A stretch of DNA of 63,182 bases, filler included, from Octopus bimaculoides (GCF_001194135.2; 5 parts of 4 records of this genome joined end to end with filler, not necessarily neighbours in it), one strand, 5' to 3'; shown: positions 13,930 through 26,959, numbered from the whole stretch's first letter. Notes: generated by a model not told the origin, from the sequence alone. A program made the numbers and translations.

Positions 13930-14608
13930 CGCATGAATCGCTGTAACTGTTTGTACTGAAGTGGTGCTAACCCACATGTTACCCTAGAAAAAATGCTAAC
14001 CTACCATGAGTGAGTGATTGGACCGTCATTTCTTCCATGAGAATAATACGACCGATATTCTTTGATAATGTAGTTAATGAACATAATTATCTATATATGC
14101 CGGAAACTGAATTCTGATCGAGACCTAGAAATAAGAATATTTGGTTTCAGTTGGATGGCGCACTACCCTAATATGGGTTACACGTTCGGAAATGGTTTAG
14201 TGTTAATTTGGAACGGATGTGAATAGGACTACGTCGAGCAAAATGAGTGGCCATCACGTTCACCAGATCTAACGCCACTTGACTTTTGCTTATTGGGTGT
14301 ACTGAAAGATGTTGTTTACAAGCTTAAACCGGAAACAATTTCTCAATAAAAACAAGCAATTTCTAAATAATTTTCTGAAATTAAAATTGAAATTATCAAA
14401 TGGTTTGCAGAAGTGTTAATTGTAGGATTCAGCGTAGAATCAAACACGAAAAGAAGCGTTTTGAACACGTTAATTAGTTTTTTTAATCATGAAAGGTCTT
14501 GTTTTGATGAGACAGTTCTATTAAATTTTCTTAAACTACTGAAATTTATTTTCGCTCAATAAAAGTTTATCAATGAAAAATATTAGTCATTATTTACATC
14601 TCACCCTG
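13930..14608 (+). mobile_element. Degenerate Tc1/mariner-superfamily transposase fragment (left boundary approximate)
   Basis: WFQLDGA...EWPSRSPDLTPLDFCLLGVLKDVVY matches the WPxRSPDLTPLDFxLWGxLKxxVY motif. Ends in a CACCCTGT TIR-like sequence. Confidence 0.8.
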
Positions 14609-14659
14609 TGTGCGTTTATGTGTGCGTGAATAAGTGTGTGTGTGCGTGCGGGTGCATGT

Positions 14660-14844
14660 ACGTACGTATGCATGTATGAATGTATAGTATGGTATGTATG
14701 TATGTATGTATGCATAGATAGATAGATACATACATACATACATACATAGACAAACAAATATACATACATACAGATAAATAGATAAGCAGACAGACAGACA
14801 GACAGACAGGTTAGCAGGCAGGTCGAGAAACAGACAGATAGATC

Positions 14845-14901
<57 letters not shown>

Positions 14902-14922
14902 GTAGATAGATAGATAGCTAGC

Positions 14923-14979
<57 letters not shown>

Positions 14980-15012
14980 GGATGGATGGATGGATGGATG
15001 GATGGATGGACG
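14660..15012. repeat. Compound tetranucleotide array (TATG/CATA/GACA/GATA/GATG)
   Basis: Read directly from the sequence. Confidence 0.95.
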
Positions 15013-15771
15013 GATGTAACTGCATGATCTGTAATTGGTGCCTCATAAAATTCCTTTCGTTATACGTTCCTGATTCGTGCCGTTCAGGCATCGAGTATCA
15101 CCTGAGGCAAATCTGCTTTTATTATCCGGGAAACGATGAGGTAGCACGGCATTGCAAGTCTCTGAATTGAACGAATGCCGTAAGCAAAGTTTCGTAAGCA
15201 AGCCTTTAGTGACTCTGTATTCAATTCTAAACAATGTCTGATTTACAACAATAAATAAATAAGTAAATAAATAAATAAATAAATAAATAAAGGTCATGAG
15301 GATCCTGGGCAATTGCACGTTATTTTAACAGACTACTCTGAATTGCAAGTGAATACAAGGACAATCCAAGTTATTTATGTTCGAAGAAATATAAATGCAT
15401 AGAAATATTCACACGTAAACGAACAGGCATAGGTATGCGTGCGTAAGTATATAACTGTGTGCATATACATACATACACATATACATACATACACATATAC
15501 ATACATACATACATACATATGTGTGTGTGTGTATGTGTGTGCGTTTTTGAATGGGAAAGGTCGGTTTATGGGATTACCATGGGTTTCCCGTCCGTAAAGG
15601 GTTTAGCTTTATAGCGTATAATCCGACCCCAAAACCTGTTGGCTTAAGTGAGTGTGTGAGTCGCGTGTGCGTTCGTATGTATGTATATATGTATGTATGT
15701 ACGTACGTACGGACGGATGGATAATTAGGTAGACAAACAGACAGATAAACAGACAGGTGGACATATATATA

Positions 15772-15923
15772 TTAGATCGACCCAGTAAGCAACTGGTACT
15801 AAAATTTAAAGGAAGAAAGGCAAATTCGACCTCGGCAGAATTTGAACTCAGAACGTAGCGGCAGGCGAAATACTGCTAAACAATTCGTCCGGCGTGCTAA
15901 CGTTTCTGTCAGCTCGCTGCCTT
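15772..15923 (-). mobile_element. SINE family B, CpG-rich copy
   Basis: Reverse complement matches the head of 32899-33128 (GGCAGCGAGCTGACAGAAACGTTAGCACGCCGG...GAGTTCAAATTCTGCCGAGGTCGA). Confidence 0.85.
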
Positions 15924-17029
15924 AACCAATTATTTTTATCAAGATAGAAATTCCTATTCAACACACAATTAATTACGTTACATTTAAGTCTGCAGAGACT
16001 TGGAAACAGCTTGCTATGGCAGATGCCATTGGTCGAAAACTCCACATACAGGAGAGATGCGCACCGTTTCGGAACTTTCATCTCGATGCCTTTACAGTAC
16101 ACCGCCTGCCCTCATTCACTGATAAGAGTCTCACACCTACATTTTCGACAGATGCTTTCTACCTCGAGTCCATTTCAGGATAACGATCTCTCCACTGATG
16201 CTCCACCGTGCTTTTTCAACCATATCCCGTCGCTCTCTTCCCTAATCGTCTTCAAGATAGATCTACTTCAAGATGGCAGTATTTGCCGATGTTGGACCCC
16301 AATTGAAAGCAACCACCATCTGAAATAAATTACATCTTATTTATCAAACTCCTCTGTAAACTGTTTACATGCCCAATAATCCTTGCAAAATAAATATCGT
16401 GTTATATTTTTTCATTCATCTTCGATAATTTCTGTTGCTATTTCTCCCATTCTTCTTTTATTCCTACTTCATTTCAGTTCATGTTCATGATACGTTATAA
16501 TATATAAATGGTTCATATTGCACACTATTTACACATTTTTACAAGTTTTCTTTATATTTTGATACATTAGTTTCTTCAGCGCATTTGTTTATATAAATCG
16601 CTCCCAGTAAAATTTTATATCGCAAACATACAAGCACGCATATACTGAGAGACGCACAGACACACAGGTACACACACAGGTATAAACACACACATACACC
16701 TATATGCATATACTTACACACAGATACATGTATATACATACATGCGTATTTATATATATGTGTGTGTGTGTGTGTGGATATATGTATATATTGTTTAAAT
16801 ATACACTAAAATATAGCAAAAACAGAAGCGAGTAATGGAACCACAAATGGTATGTTTAACGCACATGAAATATATATATATATATATATATATATGAAGA
16901 ATAGAGTGCAAATATGTATGTTATATTGTTGTTTTAAAAATATTTAATTTATTATAATTCAAACACCTGTTGATTTAATACCTGTGTAAAGCGTTGTAAA
17001 TAATAATGTGCTGCTTACCTTCCTGCTTA

Positions 17030-17650
17030 TTTCTTACCTGACCCCACCTCGTTAAGTATGATATCATTTAAACATATCTCTTTAATTATTGTATCCATGT
17101 TTTTGTTCAGCGACGCAAATATGTATTTTGTGCATAATATTCTAAATTGTAATCTTTTTTTCTCTATTGCCTTCATTAATCCTATTGATGTTATCTTATA
17201 ATATTATGTTTATCATATATCAAACGTAATGGATTTCACACATTGAAATTCGCTTTCATTTGTTGACTGTTTTTGTTCTTTTCTTTTATAGTTACGTTCT
17301 TATTCATTTGCTTGAGCTATTATACATTGCTCTGAGAATCGACTTGTTGATTACATACTTAGATAAGTTATTTTATATTATTCTACATTATTCAAGGCCA
17401 TTATAATATATACACCTTCAGAAATTTTTCCATACAACAGCTTAAACTGTTACTTTTTTCATGAAATCAAGAAGTAAAAGTCTACCAAATATATTGATCT
17501 GTTACTAATACAAATAGACACAAACAGTCCTTTGTGTGTAGGCGTACGTCTACATTTTGCTACAGCCATAGTTTATGGTGATTAATTGTTTTTGAGATGT
17601 ATGTAGCTATGTAGTAAAAAATTTTGTTCCTCTACCACTTGGTTCTGGTT
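17030..17650 (+). repeat. About 600-bp direct repeat, copy 1 (copy 2 at about 19535-20130)
   Basis: Colinear shared blocks such as TAAGTATGATATCATTT, TATTGTATCCATGTTTTTGTTCAGCG, CATTGCTCTGAGAATC and AAATCAAGAAGTA. Confidence 0.85.
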
Positions 17651-18447
17651 TCACCCCCTCTGCATTGCACCTTACTAGTTTTTCTAAAATGCACCATAAA
17701 TGTTCAATTATATTGAGATCTGGGGACTGTGGCGGCCAGACGACATGTCCAGCTTCACTAGAATGTTCCTCATGCCATTCAGTAACAATTTTAGCTGGGT
17801 GAATTCGTGCATTATCATCCTGAAAGATTTCGTTTCCCTCCGGAAACAGTTCCCTAACCATGGGACGAATTTGTTCAGATAAAATACTTAAGTAGTCTTG
17901 GCTATCAATTCTGCCATAAAGAGGAACCGTTGACCTGCGAATTTCCAAAATATATCAACACCCCCCACCCCCACCCCCACTAGATCATCACAGATCCTAA
18001 TCCATGTTTATCAGTTGGAAGGAGGCAGTGAAGAAGGCAGTCTATGGTCAAATGCTCCTTTTGACTGTCTCCGCACGTATACTCGGCCGGTAGTTGGAGA
18101 TAAGGTTGAGGATGACTCGTCCGAGAAAATAACATTCTTCCACTGCTCTAGGGACCAATTCTGTAGGTTTTACACTACTTTAAACGCTTTGCAACGTTTG
18201 TTTTAGAAAGTAGTGGTTTTCTGATTGCAGCCCTCCCGTGAAAACCGGCTTTTTTGCAGCTCCCGGCGAACAGCTTTTGTGGAAACTGGGTTCTCGAGGT
18301 GGTCATTAAGCTTTGCAGTAATTTTGGGTGCTGTATTTTGTGATCCTTTCTGGCAATTCTCTCAAGAGTCCGACGGTCCCTATCTAAAGTTTTGGTTTTC
18401 TTCCAGAGTTTTGTTTCGACGAGGAGGTTTTTCCCTCTTTCTCAAAN
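17650..18447 (-). mobile_element. Degenerate Tc1-like transposase, running into a gap
   Basis: Minus strand gives GRAAIRKPLLS, FSDES, FQDDNARIH and WPPQSPDLNIIEHLW. Confidence 0.92.
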
Positions 18448-19534
18448 NNNNNNNNNNNNNNNNNNNNNNNNNNNNNNNNNNNNNNNNNNNNNNNNNNNNN
18501 NNNNNNNNNNNNNNNNNNNNNNNNNNNNNNNNNNNNNNNNNNNNNNNNNNNNNNNNNNNNNNNNNNNNNNNNNNNNNNNNNNNNNNNNNNNNNNNNNNNN
18601 NNNNNNNNNNNNNNNNNNNNNNNNNNNNNNNNNNNNNNNNNNNNNNNNNNNNNNNNNNNNNNNNNNNNNNNNNNNNNNNNNNNNNNNNNNNNNNNNNNNN
18701 NNNNNNNNNNNNNNNNNNNNNNNNNNNNNNNNNNNNNNNNNNNNNNNNNNNNNNNNNNNNNNNNNNNNNNNNNNNNNNNNNNNNNNNNNNNNNNNNNNNN
18801 NNNNNNNNNNNNNNNNNNNNNNNNNNNNNNNNNNNNNNNNNNNNNNNNNNNNNNNNNNNNNNNNNNNNNNNNNNNNNNNNNNNNNNNNNNNNNNNNNNNN
18901 NNNNNNNNNNNNNNNNNNNNNNNNNNNNNNNNNNNNNNNNNNNNNNNNNNNNNNNNNNNNNNNNNNNNNNNNNNNNNNNNNNNNNNNNNNNNNNNNNNNN
19001 NNNNNNNNNNNNNNNNNNNNNNNNNNNNNNNNNNNNNNNNNNNNNNNNNNNNNNNNNNNNNNNNNNNNNNNNNNNNNNNNNNNNNNNNNNNNNNNNNNNN
19101 NNNNNNNNNNNNNNNNNNNNNNNNNNNNNNNNNNNNNNNNNNNNNNNNNNNNNNNNNNNNNNNNNNNNNNNNNNNNNNNNNNNNNNNNNNNNNNNNNNNN
19201 NNNNNNNNNNNNNNNNNNNNNNNNNNNNTAGGCTTAGGGTTAAAGCAAATTTAAAATGAAAAAAGCAAATAAAACGAAGAATCGTTTGTTTATGTAGTCG
19301 GCACTTAATGTATATCGGCTGAATGGACGTCAGTGATTGGTTGAAATTATCGAAATAAGACAATTTTTTACATGAAATAAATTCGAATACAAAAATATTT
19401 TTCTGTTCTATAACACAAAATAGATAAGTATACGAAGTTTGAAAGTCTTTCGGTACCAAAAACACTACGTAATACATTAATGAAAAATGTGGCCCCCGTT
19501 TTAAAAAAGATCCGCGTACCCTCCTACCCGTTTC

Positions 19535-20130
19535 TTAACTGACACCACCACGTAAGTATGATATCATTTTGATATATCTCTTTATTATTGTATCCATGTT
19601 TTTGTTCAGCGGTACAAATATCATGTATTTTGTACATAATACTCTGAATTGTAATTTTTTTTCTCTATCGTCTTTATTAATCTCATTAATGTTATCTTAT
19701 ATTATGTTTATCATATATCAAACGTAATAGATTTCACACATATTAAATTCGTTTTCACTTGTTGACTTTTTCTTTCAGTAATACTCTTCTTCATTTACGT
19801 GAACTATTACGCATTGCTCTGAGAATCAACTTGTTGATTACATACTCAGATAAGTTATATGGTGTTATTCTATTTATTCAAGGCCATCATAATATATAGA
19901 AGTTTTTGCAATTTTTTTCTGGGCAACAATTCAAATTGTTATTTTTGCATAAAAATCAAGAAGTACAAACCTACCAAACATTTTGGTCTGTCACTAATAC
20001 ACAAACACTCCTTCATGTGAATGGATGTACGGCTACGTTTTACTATAACTATATTTTATGGTGGTTATTATTTTGTTTTAGATAGATGTAACTGTATAAA
20101 AACTTTGTTATCCAAACTCTTGGTTCTGGG
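19535..20130 (+). repeat. About 600-bp direct repeat, copy 2
   Basis: Homologous to 17030-17650 and followed by a family A SINE head (about 20119-20228). Confidence 0.85.
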
Positions 20131-20629
20131 TTCAGTACCACTACGTGGCATTTTATGCAGGCGTCTTTTACTATAACCCTTCGCTGTCCAAAGCCTTTGA
20201 GTGGATTTATTAGACCGAACCGGAAACATGCATAGTCACTTCAGCAATGCAATTACACATCTTTGGGCTATTCCATTTCCGACGAAGAACTAAGCTCGAA
20301 ACTTGAAACTCTTTCGTTTCACTCATATTTATTGTCGATAATTCCGCCGACATCGACTTTGCATTCGGCCTTTTCCGCGTCAATGAAATAAGTACTAGTT
20401 TATTACCGGGTTAGTTGTTATCAGACATCCAAACTTTCAGGTCCTGTGCCAATAGGAGAATGTATTATTTATTTTCGTTCATCTTCACGCAAAAGTTGAA
20501 GACATCTTCTGTCTTGAATATTTCAAACATTTATTACTAACAGGTTTTTTACGTTATTTGTATTCACTTATTGAATAGCAATATTGAATAGCAATATTTG
20601 GCGCAACATCGATTGTCACTCAAAACGCA

Positions 20630-20678
<49 letters not shown>

Positions 20679-21432
20679 CGGGGTATATGATAGCTTTTTT
20701 CCATCTCCTGTCAGTGTTTTACTATGTATCATACGTCTGACTGAAATGTAAGAAAGAATAAAAGAATCGCAACTTCGTCGCTCCAGGCAAAGTATCAAGG
20801 TTTGGTAGCTAACTTCAAGACGTATGATCTAAGAAAAACTTTGACAATACTCACAAAAGCAGCTAATAGTAAACTGAAAACTACAGCCGATGGCTTCTGG
20901 AAAATGTTCAAAATTATGAATGCTTTGGATAATACACACGCTGCAGATGAAGTAACAAGAAAACATCTGCTATAGAAGATGCTTCGAAAAACATTTGGCC
21001 AGACCGTATTTCTTACTTCTTTTGCTAGAAGAAAAAATTCTACTTTAAGTTAACTAAGATATTGTGACTCTGGGTAATTATGTAGATTTTGAAGAATTCA
21101 TGGACGATGGAACCAAGGTTGTAGAGTCTCGTAGAGAAACTGATAAATATGAGAGTTGATGATGTTAAAAGAATTGCAAGTACGAATTGTTTGGTGAGAG
21201 AGGTCTTTCGAAGCCCTCCTCCATTTGGTTAACCGCGAAGAATGTGGCTAATTGGATGCTCTTTGCAGTTTAATGTCTGTAAATCTTGATCGGCAGGCGT
21301 CCTTGTCGTGATTGTAACATAAAGATTCATTTGATTTCATAATGAATTCAAATCTGCAGTAAATAGTAACAATGATACAATAGTAGACCACAAAAGTCAA
21401 GATATATGTAGGTTCATTCACCCCTGAAAAAG

Positions 21433-21890
21433 ATGGTGGTGATTGTGATGGTGACAGTGATGGCGATGATGATGATGATGATGATGAGGAGNNNNNNNNN
21501 NNNNNNNNNNNNNNNNNNNNNNNNNNNNNNNNNNNNNNNNNNNNNNNNNNNNNNNNNNNNNNNNNNNNNNNNNNNNNNNNNNNNNNNNNNNNNNNNNNNN
21601 NNNNNNNNGGAGGAGGAGGAGGAGGAGGAGGAGGAGGATTACGACGACGATGATGATAACGATAACGATGGTGATGGTGATGATAATGATGATGCTGATG
21701 ATGATGACGAGTATGTTGATGACGATGATGATGTCGATAATGATGGCGATGATCACAATGATAATAACGATGATAATGACGATGAATGCGATGATGATTA
21801 TGTTAATGTTTACGATGGTGACTTTGATGACAATGATGACGACGACGACAACGACGATGATGACAACGAAGATGATTATGGTGATCTACA
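21433..21890. repeat. Degenerate trinucleotide array (GAT/GAC/AAT/GAG) with internal gap
   Basis: Triplet periodicity; translates as D/N/E-rich low complexity. Confidence 0.9.
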
Positions 21891-22167
21891 GAACCGATGA
21901 ATATTCCATTCCCACCTATCAACTTCTACCACACCAGTTTCCACTTTTCAAAAGTCGTCATCATTTGTGACGATCACCTAACTTATAATATAACTGCATT
22001 CTCCTTTGTATTCCTTCCCATATTTCACTTCAAATGATTTTGCTATGCATACAAACAGTATTTTGAATGCTTCAACAATAACAATCTAGAATTTTTCAAT
22101 TATAACTGGTTGATATCTGCGTTTCCTGTTTCAAGTCGAATGTACTTTCTGTCAGCTTCTACAAAAT

Positions 22168-22175
22168 TGCTCCTC

Positions 22176-22218
<43 letters not shown>

Positions 22219-22630
22219 TTCTGCTATCCCCTCTCTCTGTTATTTTCCCTTTCTTTCTCTCTCCCTTTGATTTTATTTCCACCCCCTCTCTCTCTCTCTC
22301 TGTGTGCAGGTGCCACTCCCTTCTCTCTCTTTTTCTTTCTCTGCTGGTGCAACTCCCATACCTTTCTTACTCTGTCTCTCTATCTCTCTCTCTTTGCTAC
22401 TCCCTCCTCTCTCTCTCTCTCTCTCTTTCACTGCGTGTTTTTGTTATTTTCATCTCTCGCCCTTTCTCCACCTTTCTCTCTCTTTCTCTTTGTACTATTC
22501 TTACTCTCCTCTCCCACCCCATCTCCCTCTGTTCTATGCTACTCCTAACCCTCCTCTCTTCTCCCTCTCACCCCCTTTTTCCATTTCTTCTCCCTCTCTT
22601 CTCCTCTTTCTTTCTCACTCACTCAGTCTC

Positions 22631-22668
<38 letters not shown>
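22168..22668. repeat. CT-rich polypyrimidine low-complexity tract
   Basis: (CT)n runs. Explains the L/S/F-rich ORFs at 22110-22709. Confidence 0.9.
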
Positions 22669-22671
<3 letters not shown>

Positions 22672-22970
22672 ATCCAAAACTATTCTTCATGCTGCATTAC
22701 ATTAATTGAAGATTAACACCTTATTACACATGATATACCTTTGCAAAAGAAACCATTAACATTTCCTAAAGAATACCTTTACATGTGTCTGCTAAAACAC
22801 AATGGTGTTAACGGAAAATCATAAAAATGATTCTAGCAGAATCTACACCATCAGGGACAATGGAATCAGCAGAATAAATAAATCCTACAACAATTGCAGG
22901 AACATGTTCTCGTACAGAACAACGAATCATTGAAAGAATATGAAAATACATAACATTACGTGCCACTCCG

Positions 22971-23335
22971 TCGGTTACGACGACGTGGGTTCCAGTTGAT
23001 CCGATCAACGGAACAGCCAGCTCGTGGAATTAACGTTCAAGTGGCTGAGCATTCCACAGACACGTGTACTCTTAATGTAGTTCTCGGGGAGAATCAGCGT
23101 GACACAGATTGTGACAAGGCTAGCTTTTTGAAATGCAGGTACAACAGAAATAATGATAGGGAGAAAGTTGTGGTGAAAGAGTACGGTAGGATTCGCCACC
23201 CCTCACTCCCTACGGAACCTCGTGGAGCTTTTAGGTGTTTTCGCTCAATAAACACTCACAACGCCCGGTCTGGGAATCGAAACCGCGATCCTACGACCGC
23301 GAGTCCGCTGCTCTAACCATTAGTTCATTGCGCCT
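22971..23335 (-). mobile_element. SINE family C, near full length
   Basis: Minus-strand tRNA-like head GGTTAGAGCAGCGGACTCGCGGTCGTAGGATCGCGGTTTCGATTCCC. Body shared with 12894, 26960, 32330 and 48066. Confidence 0.88.
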
Positions 23336-23584
23336 CCAGCCACATAAGATACAATCATAGTGAAACAACAACATTACGGTAATGAAAAAAAAAAGGCTAA
23401 GGGTACTCGATTTAATATTTAAAACAGAAAAGGGGAAAACAACATCTGTAACCTCATCAATACTCGAGAGAACATGCGGAGATTTCAAATTCTTCGTTCC
23501 ACCTGCTAGAAATAGAAGTCAATTCTTTCTCAGACTTTGATCTATCATCATTTACCTTATTTATCTTTTGTTTATTTTAGTTAT

Positions 23585-23990
23585 TAGATTGCGGCCATGC
23601 TGGGGCACTGCCTTGTAGAGCCTTTAGTCGAATGAATCGATCCAAGAACTTCGTTTTTTTTTGTTTTTTTTTTGGTCTTCAAAGCTTTGTACTAATTTTA
23701 TTGGTCACATTTAACAAGACCGGGGAGGAAACAAACCAACACCGCTTATCAAGCGGTAGTGGGGGAAAAACATAGATGCAAAGACATGCACAAATACACA
23801 CACATGTACACATACCTATATATGTATATATACGGCAGGCTCCGTTCGGTTTCCGTCTACCAAATCCATTCACAAGGGTTTGTTCGGCCCGTAGGCTATA
23901 GTAGCAGACACTTGCCGAAGATGCCACGCGGTAGAACTGACCCCGAACCCATGTGGTTGTGAAGCAAGCTTCTCACCACACAGCTACCAA
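23585..23990 (-). mobile_element. SINE family A, near full length
   Basis: Reverse complement is colinear with 40372-40761. Confidence 0.85.
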
Positions 23991-25829
23991 TGAGACTGTG
24001 ATGAGATGTTTAACAGAAAGGTTTTCTTGTTGGACTACCATGACAAAGGATGAAATCCTTTACAAAGTGTTGCTTGAAAATGAGAGGGCATTATATTTGG
24101 ACAAAAGATTTGAAGCACAGATTTTACGACTAAACTAAGCTCCCCTCCAGATTCCTGAAATCTGTGTTATAAAACCAGTAATTCTCACACGGTAAAGATA
24201 AAAAGAACATAAACACAAATGCATTCAGGCAAAGGAACCTCATGAGCACTAAAGATTTCCATTTATTTCTTACTTTCATAAATTAGAGCAGATGAAATTT
24301 CAGATTGAAATTCTTATCATCATGTCTGCTTAGATTCTAACGACTCCCATCTGATATGTACGTAGCAAAAGGAAAATGGCTAAAGAATGAAAATAAATTT
24401 TACATTCCCACTACGAGATATCACTACGGCGGAGTTAGCAATTGGTAGAGCGTAGAGGGTCAACGAGTAGAAATTGTGGATACTTGGGAATTGTATATTA
24501 GTTAAAGTCAGAAAGGACCTGGCGAAATTTCAATGACAACCGAACCAAAAGTGTGGTTATATCGTATAGCATTCAATTTCCTACCATATTAAATAGCAGA
24601 CGCTTTTGAGGAAGAATGTATTCTACTTTATCGTTGAAGTCGCTTCTGCTCAAAGTAGCACGTTTAAAATTCTCGTCACGGGAATATACTCGTATTTTAG
24701 AAATCCTTTTACTGATATTTCTACGTAATTTTTTAGAATATATGGAGAGTGGTAAGAAATTTGGAGGAAATAACTTATAACCTCATTAGGTTTCTAAAAG
24801 AAGCTGTAAGTGTCTAAAACCATAATCAGAATAATGAACAACACGTTAACTATGGTAGTTATAATTCTCTTAATGAACTTCTGATAAAAAAATCTTACAA
24901 AGTCATTAAGTAAATCTTTACGAATTTGAACAAATCAGTAGCCATTTTTATTGTAAATTACTATTAAATCGCTGTCACCGTATAATCATAAATTTAAATA
25001 GAGATATCAGGTTCTTTAAGATATAATCTCTTAAAATTTAGACTCTTCGGCTCCTTCACAGCGATCTATATGAACGATTACTATTTCGGAGCTATTAAGC
25101 TTTATTTAGAAAACATCATACAGAAAACTGTAAGAAAACATCATTGAAATATAGAATGAATTTTCTAGTATGCAAAATGATATAACTGTGTAGAATTGGA
25201 ATAGCTGGATATTTGTGAGCAAATTGTCCATCTTTCATTAAAAGGGCATCATATGTACAAGGGATAAAAGTCAATGATGTCAAATGAATAAATTTGCAGC
25301 TGCGTTTATTATGTAAATTATTGAGCTAATATGTTACGGAGGGAGTGTTTTCCTAAGGGGAAGATAGTGGGCCGTTTAGTTTTCTCATTAAGCGCGTTAA
25401 CGATGACCTTGCCACTCCTATGTAATGTAATTTTAATTGGATTAATAAGCATGCATTAATAATTTTTATAAACGACCAGAAGTCTAAAGTCTAAACACTC
25501 AATCCACTCATGCATTCTAATGGCCGCTGTTAATTGCTCTGCTCCTGTATTAGTTAGTATTGTCGTATCCTTTGGGATCGTTCCTTGTGTTACCTTCAGC
25601 GAGGTTGTTACGAGATGTCCATTATACATTTTCTAGACCTCATAAATTTTTGGCTTCGTTCAAAGTTGTTTTTTTTTTGCTTTTTCTATGCATTTTACAT
25701 AGTGCAGACATGTGTATTGATATGCTGCTGAATAGTGTGAATATATAAGCAGATAAAGTCCACTGCCACCGGTTGATATAATGAGGACAAGCACGCAAAA
25801 ACATACAGACACACACACACGCATGCAAT

Positions 25830-25883
<54 letters not shown>

Positions 25884-26481
25884 TCATTCAATCATACAAA
25901 CATACATACATACATAAATACATACATACATAAATACATACATGCATATATACTTATGTACTACGTACCCACGTACATTGATGTACGGAGCTGACAGGGC
26001 GCGTCGCTTGAAAGCATCAACTTTCTATTAAGCTTAACATTAAAAATTCATAATATAAACCATATGTTTAGCGATATTTCTTCTTGATTTCGAAAATCAT
26101 TAAAACAGACATGGACACTCGACATCCTCCGCTACAGTTTTGCAGAAAGATTTCGCATTTCTAATTACATATACGTTGCTAGACAAACCAACACTGTACG
26201 GTATTAACCTCAATATCCCTTGGTTTCCTTACAAATATTTTATCAAACATTCAAATAACCGAAGCTAATTTCCGTTTAAGTGGAATTTTCACAAATGGTA
26301 TGCTATAGGAATAAATATTTAAGTCATGTTATGCATATAGCGTTTGTGAACGCCATTAATGCAAGAACACAAAGAAGACTAAAATCTGGCTTAGGACAAT
26401 ATAATCATTTGATTCCATACAATTCATAGAAACTGTCGAAAATATATATTAATTTGTATTATCAAAAGTCAGATTACTTAA

Positions 26482-26678
26482 AATATGCTTATGACATATT
26501 TCAACTGCTCAGAGGCAAATTCACTGCAGTTACCGTGGAGAAAATATCTTTCCTGTGATAAAGAGTTGTGAAAACACCCGCTTTATTTACACATCTTTTT
26601 ACCATAAGAGGGATATTTTCTCCACGCTAACTGCAGTAAGTTTGCCTTTTAGCAATTAACATATGTCACAAATATATT
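26482..26678. repeat. Imperfect long inverted repeat (about 84-bp arms), MITE-like
   Basis: 26482-26565 pairs with 26595-26678. Core ACTGCAGTTA-CGTGGAGAAAATATC versus GATATTTTCTCCACG-TAACTGCAGT. Confidence 0.85.
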
Positions 26679-26959
26679 TCAACTAACCTAAACTTTGCTT
26701 ATGCCGAAACACTACTTGGCACTAACATTTCGTTATACTCTGTTTTAATTAAAAGGCGTAATGTATTGAATATTCTATCTGGGCACCGCGATTGCTTTCC
26801 TAACCTCAGACATACATAGAGGTATATGGTGACGCTACAACTTTTGCCAGCAACATTACGAAACCTCCCATATGTAATTTGCAGTTTTAATGCACTTCGA
26901 TACACTGAGATTGAAGGAGATGCCAAACAGTCAAAAAGAAAAAAATAAGTACTGGCATT

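Noticed and set aside
21090-21352. Minus-strand exon after a TTTACTGCAG acceptor
   Set aside because: Every frame contains a stop including TAA or TAG, and no good donor fits the phase of the proposed chain.
22110-22709. Hydrophobic membrane-protein-like ORFs
   Set aside because: They are translations of CT microsatellite sequence.
23255-23335. tRNA gene
   Set aside because: The tRNA-like sequence is the head of a multi-copy SINE and lacks a complete acceptor stem.
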